64,000 nt of DNA from a virus: the IMG/VR virus record IMGVR_UViG_3300036861_000632, positions 1-64,000 of that record. One strand, given 5' to 3'. The number at the start of each line of letters is the position of its first letter. The stretch's first letter is position 1. Position numbers and translations under genes: made by a program. Below are positions 57,034-64,000 of the stretch, in pieces. Below the pieces are notes generated by a model. The model saw only the letters and a program-made list of their open reading frames with translations, ran no database searches and was not told the DNA's origin.

Positions 57034-58820
57034 CAGAATTGGAACAGCCATTCCGCCGCGCGAACGTGGTCCGGCTGCGGATACGTGATGAGTTCCTTCG
57101 AGCGCAGTGCGCCGCGGGGGTTCGTGTAGCCGGTGGACGAATGGCTGTAGCCGGCCAGTGTCGCCGCTTCTTCGTTGGTCATCGTGTTGGGATGTCCGCT
57201 GGCAATGGCGGCAAGAATCCTCCGCTCCGGGCCGCCAAGCTGGCTCAGGACGAAATCAAGGAGCGAACCGTTGAGTTGGAGCGCCGTGTAATTGCCAAGT
57301 CCTTCCTCGGTCAATTGAACCATGTCGGGTTGCGGGTAGTTCACCAAGCCGAGCGACTTGAGGGCACCGCGCGGGTTGGTGTACCCCGTCGAGGTTGGGC
57401 TGTAGCCCGCCAGCCATGCGACCTGACAGTTCGATGGCGCCGGATGCCCCATCGCGCCCCAGGTGGCGAGTGAATTGAGGATGCGTTGGCCGGGGCCGGT
57501 TATCTCCAAGCCTGTTCCATTGTTACCCTCACGCGGGGGAGCCGGCGGCGCGTCGGCCAAGGGCCGCTCTGCACGCACGGTCCCGGCTCCCCTGATTGCT
57601 GGCGTGTATTTGTTCGCCGCAAGATTCGGAAGCTTGGAGAATTTTCCTTCCAACACGGATTTGATCGCAGTCACTTCCGGTTTCAACTCGTTCGTGATGC
57701 GCGAAAGCGTTTCAAGCTTGGAATAGTGGCCTTCCGCAGCGGCGTAAAGATTCTCAAAAGCAGCAACCAGCTTGGTCAGCCGCTTGCGCTCGGAAGCCGT
57801 GAGCACGGGTTCTTTTACGGTCAGTGTCTTCGTCACCACCTTCTCGCCGCCGGCCGCCTTCTCCAGCTTTGACTTTTCGTGCTTGAGCCGCGCGATCTCC
57901 GCCTTCAACTCGCGCGGGTCGTTCGCCTTCGCTTCTTCAATGACCGTGGCCAGCTTTTTACGCACCTCATCGAGATCGACCGCAGACCAACCACTGTCGC
58001 TGACTTTGCGCTGAAGTTGTGGCGGAGCGAACGAATCGAACGTGGTGAACATCGGAAAAATCAACCGCTTCGGCCCGAATCCGATTTCCGGGGACCAGAC
58101 GTAAGCCTCGCCACGCGCCATGCCCGCAAGCGAATTCAAGACTTCTTTGCCCTTGCTGATGTCGCCGCACCCCTCGATCCAGTCCTGAACGGCATCACGA
58201 TCCGCCTTGTGGATCACGCGCATCGCCACAAGTGTTTCACATTGCGTCAAGACATCATTGTGAAGTTTCTGCGGGCGTTGTGTTGCCAGCAAACAGATCA
58301 ACCCAAGCCCGCGCCCCTCGCCAAGCAGGGTGTTCGACCAATGCAGGCACATGCCAGCTTCCGGGCTTAGAATTTTCCCCTTGGGCGCGAAATTGTGAAA
58401 CTCGTCTCCGACAAGATACAATTCGCCGAGCGTTTTGGCGGCGTAAATCCCCTGTGCAAAATCAATCCAGAACCGCGTGCGGTTGCCGACCGTCCAGCCA
58501 CGGAAACCGATTATGCAGGGCCGGTTGCCGGTCACGATCAGTTCCGCAACGAGCTTGCCGGATTGCGCGTTGATGGGAATGTCCGTCGCCTTTGATTCCT
58601 TGAAGTCACCAAAGGCAATCACGTCGAACCCGACCGATTTGCCATCAGCGGATTTTTTCAAACCCCACCAGTCGCCCTTGGGATCTATGATGCAGACGCG
58701 CTTCTTATGGCTCAACAGGTGTTCGACGATGTGGCGCAACGCGGAGGATTTCCCGGCGCCGGTTTTCCCAAGCACGGCGACGTGCTGCTTTAGGGTTTCT
58801 TCGGGGATGCAGAGGGGCAT
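57033..58820 (-). CDS. HerA/FtsK-family (DUF87) ATPase with tandem C-terminal wHTH-like repeats
   Basis: GKTGAGKS, IIDPKGDW, DEFH and ATQRP; two LAGYS..STGYTNPRGAL.S..L..YPQPD repeats. Confidence 0.85.
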   Translation of the reverse strand: MPLCIPEETLKQHVAVLGKTGAGKSSALRHIVEHLLSHKKRVCIIDPKGDWWGLKKSADGKSVGFDVIAFGDFKESKATDIPINAQSGKLVAELIVTGNRPCIIGFRGWTVGNRTRFWIDFAQGIYAAKTLGELYLVGDEFHNFAPKGKILSPEAGMCLHWSNTLLGEGRGLGLICLLATQRPQKLHNDVLTQCETLVAMRVIHKADRDAVQDWIEGCGDISKGKEVLNSLAGMARGEAYVWSPEIGFGPKRLIFPMFTTFDSFAPPQLQRKVSDSGWSAVDLDEVRKKLATVIEEAKANDPRELKAEIARLKHEKSKLEKAAGGEKVVTKTLTVKEPVLTASERKRLTKLVAAFENLYAAAEGHYSKLETLSRITNELKPEVTAIKSVLEGKFSKLPNLAANKYTPAIRGAGTVRAERPLADAPPAPPREGNNGTGLEITGPGQRILNSLATWGAMGHPAPSNCQVAWLAGYSPTSTGYTNPRGALKSLGLVNYPQPDMVQLTEEGLGNYTALQLNGSLLDFVLSQLGGPERRILAAIASGHPNTMTNEEAATLAGYSHSSTGYTNPRGALRSKELITYPQPDHVRAAEWLFQF

Positions 58821-58821
58821 A

Positions 58822-59406
58822 TTACTTGGCGGCGACAGGGGCGGCTGGCCCTGTCACGGGCGCGGCGGATGCAGGCGCGGGTCTGGCCGGCACGATCACC
58901 GGCGCGGGCCGTGCGACTGCTGGTTTCGGGCCAGGTTTTGCGCCTGCGGCCGTCCGCGTTTTCGGAATGGGCGGGCGGGTGTCAAGCGTTTCAAACCCGG
59001 AGACGACGAGGAAACCTTCGCCGGCTTCTTCGATCTTGAGCGGGCCATGTCCTTTGACGGTTTGAGCGACCGGGTTGTCGCCGGAAAACCGGAGGCGCAG
59101 GCTCTCGCCGGTTGTTTTATACAGCCGGCAGCCCGGCGCGTTGGCTTCCGCCTTTTGGAACAGGATCATATTTGCCGCCCTGTCGATCCAAGTGGAGATG
59201 ATTTGATCGGACGCGAATTCGGTCTTGCTGATGGCAGTGCCGCGAAACGTAAACGCGATCTTATCGTCCGATCTGCTCACGGATACGGGGATGGAACTGA
59301 TAGCCGGGTTTTCAACCAGTTCAAAGGATGGGCGTTTGGGGTGTGGGGTCATAATTTTACAGTGGGTTGGCGGACATTGATCGTGGTCGCAGGGCGGAAG
59401 GTTCAT
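58822..59406 (-). CDS. Hypothetical protein with Pro/Ala-rich tail
   Basis: ORF coupled to the PolX gene. Confidence 0.5.
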   Translation of the reverse strand: MNLPPCDHDQCPPTHCKIMTPHPKRPSFELVENPAISSIPVSVSRSDDKIAFTFRGTAISKTEFASDQIISTWIDRAANMILFQKAEANAPGCRLYKTTGESLRLRFSGDNPVAQTVKGHGPLKIEEAGEGFLVVSGFETLDTRPPIPKTRTAAGAKPGPKPAVARPAPVIVPARPAPASAAPVTGPAAPVAAK

Positions 59407-60032
59407 CTGTCTTCGGGTTCGAGATAGGGAATGCCGACGAGTTCAAAAACATGCCGCTCGGAAACGCTCCGTATCTTCGTCTGCTGGTCTTTGGGCAGTT
59501 CCACGAGGCAGCCGTCGGCTTGGACGGTGTGCGTTACGGTCACACCATCCCCGTTCGCATTCAGCGAGCGCCCGATTTTGTTCGCCGAGATCGCGAGCTT
59601 GCGGTTCATCTCGGCGCTGCCCGTGCGGATGACGAGGGCGTTGAACTTTTTGTCGGCGGTCGTGGCGAACAGGTCCACGGGCATTCCGGTCGGGACATGG
59701 ATGGCCAGTTTGTTTTCCGGTCCCCAAGTGAACACGCCGATCTTGCTGGGGCGTTTGGCCAGCGTGCCACCGTCGAGCAATTCCTGAATCCGCCGTTCGG
59801 CCAGATCATCGAATTCGATCTGCTCGAAGGTGCCGAACAATCCGGCCTGCTCTTTCACCTTCTCGGCCAGCTTCGGAATAAAAACGATTTCGGCGTCCCC
59901 AACCTCCTGCTTGCCGCGACGCAACGAGCCGGCGACGATCAGCCATTCCGTGACTGGCTTGAGCGCGTTGCAGATTTCCTCCGCGACCGCCAGCGCGGTT
60001 GCCCGAGGCCATTTTTGTTTGGTCTTGTGCAT
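59403..60032 (-). CDS. polX: Minimal family X DNA polymerase-like protein
   Basis: AGSLRRGK..VGDAE, PVDLF, IRTGSAEMN and SERHVFELVGIPYLEPEDR. Confidence 0.85.
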   Translation of the reverse strand: MHKTKQKWPRATALAVAEEICNALKPVTEWLIVAGSLRRGKQEVGDAEIVFIPKLAEKVKEQAGLFGTFEQIEFDDLAERRIQELLDGGTLAKRPSKIGVFTWGPENKLAIHVPTGMPVDLFATTADKKFNALVIRTGSAEMNRKLAISANKIGRSLNANGDGVTVTHTVQADGCLVELPKDQQTKIRSVSERHVFELVGIPYLEPEDR

Positions 60033-61049
60033 TACGAGAGCGCCTTCGATATTTGGGGCGTGAAGCCTCCGAAATGGCCGAACAGTCGCGCTTTGAATAC
60101 CTCGGCGAACGGCAGCATGGAGTCGAAGTAAGGATGCCCGGCGGGTGCGAATCGCCAGAGCGAGCACATATCGAAGTGAGACATCTCGTTGATGCGATTG
60201 ATGGTTTGTTGCTGCTCCGCCGTGATTGTTTGGGACGTGCTCATGTTTTTCCTTGCCGCCAGTTCGCCCATCGTCGGGCCGTTCTTCTCGGCGTACAGTC
60301 GCGGTGCCCCCGCGCAGAAATTGTAGTGGTCAGGACTCTCAGTGATTGGCATTGTGGTTCCTCAATTCGTCCCGAACATCCGCTTCAATCCATCGGCCCG
60401 CCGGTCAGCGCACCGCCATGCGATGCTCCAGCCAATCGCGGTCAGGATGTAGAACACCGCCGCCCAGTCGTACTGGCACGCGCGGATGACGAGGCACGGA
60501 AGCAAGAGCAGGATGGTGATGGCAACGGCGAGGGTTTTCATTCCTTGCCTCCGGCCGGAAAGTGCGCTGGCTTGCTGGCAGTAGATTCGTCCGGCGCCTT
60601 TAATTTGAACTGGTAGCACCAGTCCGTTTTCTTTTTGCCGACCTCGATGGGGTTCAGGCGGCACGCGCCCCGTCCGGTTTTCTTCGTGAGCGGGCCGGCT
60701 TTGAAGCATTGGCAGAGTTCGCAGCGTTCGTTCATGTGGGTTTCGTTTGTCAATCCGCAACATGGAAGGAATGGCCGCCGTAGTAGCCCGAACCGCTCAG
60801 GGTATAATCCTTTCCCCCGTGTTGGAATTGCTGCCACCAGTCCCACTGCCAGCCATTCGTCTCGAAGCCTTCACCATTGCCCTCGTCCGTTTTCTTCTTT
60901 TCCGTGCCCTTGATGGTCAGCACGGCGTCGATGATCGCCCCGGCCGGATGATGCAGCGTCTTGTCTTCCCACGGCACGCCCGTTTCAAGAACGCGATTGA
61001 TGTTGGACAGCAGCGCGGCCAATTCTTCCTGATTGAGTTCTAATTTCAT
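60032..61049 (-). CDS. Four small hypothetical ORFs (60032..60352, 60362..60541, 60538..60735, 60750..61049)
   Basis: ORF track and packing. Confidence 0.5.
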
Positions 61050-61831
61050 ATTGTGTTGAGTTCGGAGACTTTGATCGGCACGCGGCGGATTTCGCAATTC
61101 ATGCCTTGAGCGAATTCTTCGACATGGCAGAGCACCAAGGTTCCGCCCTTGATGTTGAGGCTGATGTAGTCGCTCATCAGGAGGGTTTCCGGTCCAAGCA
61201 AACACCATTCCTGCCCGATCACTCTCACAGTTTCGGACGAGACGGACGAGACGGTTGCCCCACATGGAAGCACCGGGCTGCCGAAGTCATGCGCTTGAAT
61301 CTGTCCACCAGATGATTCAAGCACCGCCCGTTCCTTCGCCAGATCGCGCGTATGCGCGAGGGCGGCGTCGAATTTTTCTGGGTATCTTGCGCGGAGCTTG
61401 TTGATGTTGCGCTCCATCTCGGCCGGGAACGTCGTGCCCAGCGCGTCGAACAGCACGGCGAGATACCAGAGCAGATCGCCGGCTTCTTCCTTGAGGTTGG
61501 TTTCGTCGTGGGGTTCAGCGTTGGATGTCACGGGCCAGTCGGCCATCAACGCCTCGCCAAACTCGCCCGCCTCGGTGATGATGCCTAGCAGTGCGTGAAG
61601 GATGCGGACATCGCGGCCGGCGATGTAGAGTGGGTATATTTCCGCGTCGCCGGTAAACAGAAGTGGCTTGCCGTAAAACAGGTGCTTCTTGATTTGGTCC
61701 AGTTTTTTACCGGCGGCGACAAACTCGCCGATCGCCATGAACGCGGCATGGTTTTGTTTTCCATTCAGCCGCACACACTCCGGCCGGCTCTCCGTCCGCA
61801 GGGCGAGGGGTTGGTATTCTTCAGGCGTCAT
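61046..61831 (-). CDS. MazG-like nucleotide pyrophosphohydrolase
   Basis: YQ..ALRT, LGIITEAGE, EEAGDLLWY and NINKLRARYP. Confidence 0.85.
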   Translation of the reverse strand: MTPEEYQPLALRTESRPECVRLNGKQNHAAFMAIGEFVAAGKKLDQIKKHLFYGKPLLFTGDAEIYPLYIAGRDVRILHALLGIITEAGEFGEALMADWPVTSNAEPHDETNLKEEAGDLLWYLAVLFDALGTTFPAEMERNINKLRARYPEKFDAALAHTRDLAKERAVLESSGGQIQAHDFGSPVLPCGATVSSVSSETVRVIGQEWCLLGPETLLMSDYISLNIKGGTLVLCHVEEFAQGMNCEIRRVPIKVSELNTI

Positions 61832-62405
61832 GGTGCGTCTCTTTCTCCAGCGCCTCATGCGCGGCCAGCACCGCCGCGCGAGCGTCCTCGGCGTCTTCGA
61901 GTGACCAATAGCGCCCGCCCGCATCCTTGCCGCCGTGTGCGATGGATTTTTTCCTGACGATCTCTGCCAGGGCTTCGGCATCTGCGCGCCAGAGGGCGCG
62001 CTCTTTGCGTTTGGCGGCGCGTTGCTCCAGCCGTTCCAGATTATCGACCCGCCGGCCCTCGGTCATCAGCAGCAGTTCGTATTTCAATCGCACGATCTCA
62101 GCCGCGCGGTCGTCCGCGAGTTTGTGCCAGTCGTCGCGGTCGTGGATTATTCCGTCCTTGGCGGTCAATGAATCAGCGAGCGCACCGTCGCGCTGCCCGG
62201 TCATTTCAGCCAACTCGCGCTCCAGCCGATCGCGTTCCTTCGCCGCACGCTCGATAACCAGCTTCGCTTCGGCGATCCATTCGTTCGCCTGTTCGAGAGT
62301 GCTGGTCGCCGCAATCAGTTCGCACTCAAGCGTGCGGGCCAGATCGGCAACCTCCTGCCATGTGCATTCAGGATTTAACGCATCCGTGCGCGGCGTATCT
62401 CTCAC
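61821..62405 (-). CDS. Coiled-coil hypothetical protein (DTPRTDA type)
   Basis: GTG start coupled to the exonuclease stop; ARTLE.EL repeats. Confidence 0.6.
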   Translation of the reverse strand: MRDTPRTDALNPECTWQEVADLARTLECELIAATSTLEQANEWIAEAKLVIERAAKERDRLERELAEMTGQRDGALADSLTAKDGIIHDRDDWHKLADDRAAEIVRLKYELLLMTEGRRVDNLERLEQRAAKRKERALWRADAEALAEIVRKKSIAHGGKDAGGRYWSLEDAEDARAAVLAAHEALEKETHHDA

Positions 62406-63196
62406 AAAAACGCCTCCTGTTTCGGAATCCGCAAAATCTTCTCCAGCGCGTGCTTTGTGTTCGCCGGGAAGAACCCCTTGTCCAGCATCCAATGTGCGTA
62501 GCCCGGATCGCGCACGACGGGCACGCCGCGGTTGCGCTTGGTGTTGAACACCGGCACGCCTTCTTCATTGAGCACGATGATCCCCGCCAGATCGACGCGG
62601 CCGTGATGCCGGTCGTCGCCGATGCTGAACGCCGCGAGGGCATCAAACGTCATCCCGTCCAGTTCCGGGTAGCGCGCCAGTTGCGCCGCCGCCACGTCAA
62701 TCGTCGCCGTGACATCCGCCGCCGAGCCGTGCGCGCCCGTGTGTTCGCGGGCGCAGTAAAACTTGAGCGCCGCCGACAGATCGCGGCGTTCCATCTTTTT
62801 GAAGATCGACCCGACATCGAGCAGGCGCACGCCCGTCATATCCCAGCGCAGGCCGGCGCGGTGGAATTCCTCGTACAGCAGGGGCACGTCGTAATTGCTG
62901 TGATTGTACCCGGCAAGGTCGCATCCGCGCAGGTTCGCCATGATCTCGGCGGCCAGTTCCTTGAACGCCGGTTTGCCCGCCACGTCCACCTCACTGATGC
63001 CGTGAATGGCGGTGCGGCGCAGGGGCGCTCCGGGGTTGAACCACAGCGTTTCGACAATCGGGATTTCCACCGGCGGCGGCGGCAGTTCGTCCACCTTGCG
63101 GATGGACAGCGTGACGATCCGGTCGGTGGTGACATCCGGTTCGTCGGCGCCATCCGTCTCCAGGTCGAGGAAGGCGAGGGGTTTCGCGAGGGTCAT
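62402..63196 (-). CDS. DEDDh 3'-5' exonuclease (DnaQ/epsilon-like)
   Basis: FLDLETDG, GYNHSNYD and HGSAADV. Confidence 0.9.
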   Translation of the reverse strand: MTLAKPLAFLDLETDGADEPDVTTDRIVTLSIRKVDELPPPPVEIPIVETLWFNPGAPLRRTAIHGISEVDVAGKPAFKELAAEIMANLRGCDLAGYNHSNYDVPLLYEEFHRAGLRWDMTGVRLLDVGSIFKKMERRDLSAALKFYCAREHTGAHGSAADVTATIDVAAAQLARYPELDGMTFDALAAFSIGDDRHHGRVDLAGIIVLNEEGVPVFNTKRNRGVPVVRDPGYAHWMLDKGFFPANTKHALEKILRIPKQEAFL

Positions 63197-63755
63197 AATT
63201 TTTGTTCCCCCCACCGCAGAAACCTTCCGCGCAGGGCGTTGCGGTTCCAAATATCCGGCTCGTTATCCAGCGCGCACTCGGCCCGCGCGCAATCCCACGC
63301 GACCCGCCGGGTGGACGAAACGAGCGTGTGCCACTTCTTCACCGGGGCGTTGCAGAAAAAAAACAGCGGGTAGCGCAGCGCGTGAGAGAAATAGTGCCGC
63401 CAGAAATTCCAGCCGCGCGTCTGCACGACGGCCAGTTCGGGAAAATGGTTGGGAATCATCACTCAATCCTCCAGATGCGGCATTCGGTTTCCGAGATCGC
63501 GCGCACTGTGATCTTCATGCCACAACACCGGGCGGTCGAAGACCATGAATGTTGTTTCTCGCTCGGTATCACGGTTGAATCTCCAATGCTCATGCCTGCC
63601 AGTATTACGGCAGCCGCGCTCTTTTTTCCGCCCTTCGCCGGAATTGGTATTCCTGATTCTATAAGATGGCCAAGGATTTCAACCCGTCCATCTGTTGCCT
63701 GTGGTTCGCCACCCTTACCGTTTTCGTTTTCCCCTTCGTTTCTTTCAATTGACAT
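63193..63755 (-). CDS. Two small ORFs (63193..63462; 63459..63755 with IESGIPIP...GDS...RIWR)
   Basis: Coupled ORFs; the second has a motif common in small phage DNA-binding proteins. Confidence 0.5.
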
Positions 63756-64000
63756 AAGCGATGCCGCTGTCTGTAATACGGAACCCTCCAAGTCGTCAAC
63801 TTTTATTTTTGCAATGGCGAGAAGAGCCGCCGCCTGGATCGGGCCTCCGACCTCCAGCGCGCGTCCGGTTCCATTGAGGAACTGCGCGAAGAGACGCAGG
63901 TTAATATTTCCTCTCCGATTTCGGGTCTGGTTAAACCGCGCCCATCTTAACCAGATCAGAAAACCGGGGGTGTTCTTTAACCGACGGCGCCGGCCACCCA

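Noticed and set aside
49984-63782. Shared 12-mer CTGTAATACGGA at about 49984 and 63771
   Set aside because: 12-bp matches are expected by chance in 64 kb, and one copy is inside a coding region.
1-64000. tRNA, rRNA, IS elements, attL/attR
   Set aside because: None was recognisable by eye; tRNAscan-SE, Infernal and ISEScan would be needed to exclude them.

Overview
The whole 64-kb window reads as part of a tailed dsDNA phage or prophage of siphovirus type. No host housekeeping region, rRNA, tRNA or CRISPR array is recognisable. A Verrucomicrobiota host is inferred from DnaB and from the style of the secreted proteins. Almost all genes are on the minus strand. From right to left they are: an early/replication block (DEDDh exonuclease, MazG-like protein, PolX, HerA-like ATPase, initiator, DnaB, HNH, AAA_24 ATPase, RecE-like nuclease, VRR-NUC); two large virion proteins; two DNA methyltransferases; terminase and portal; tail fibre; an orphan response regulator and holins; an S8 protease flanked by two paralogous lipoproteins; and finally head and tail genes, including a -1 frameshift tail chaperone and the start of the tape measure. 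One plus-strand island (about 12.65-20.3 kb) interrupts the morphogenesis genes. It holds the main finding, an integron-like system. There are four attC-like imperfect palindromes (R/L boxes, 5-nt spacers, one-sided extrahelical bases) and a broken IntI-type integrase that the ORF track does not show. The cassette ORFs are inverted relative to their attC sites. The attC sites are themselves translated: the crossover triplet is an in-frame codon, and the loop carries the upstream stop and usually the next start. The island continues with a glycosylation cluster (GT4-GH130-like fusion, GT-A/GT2-like, GT11, FkbM, GT25). All calls come from motif recognition and gene position; no database searches were run.
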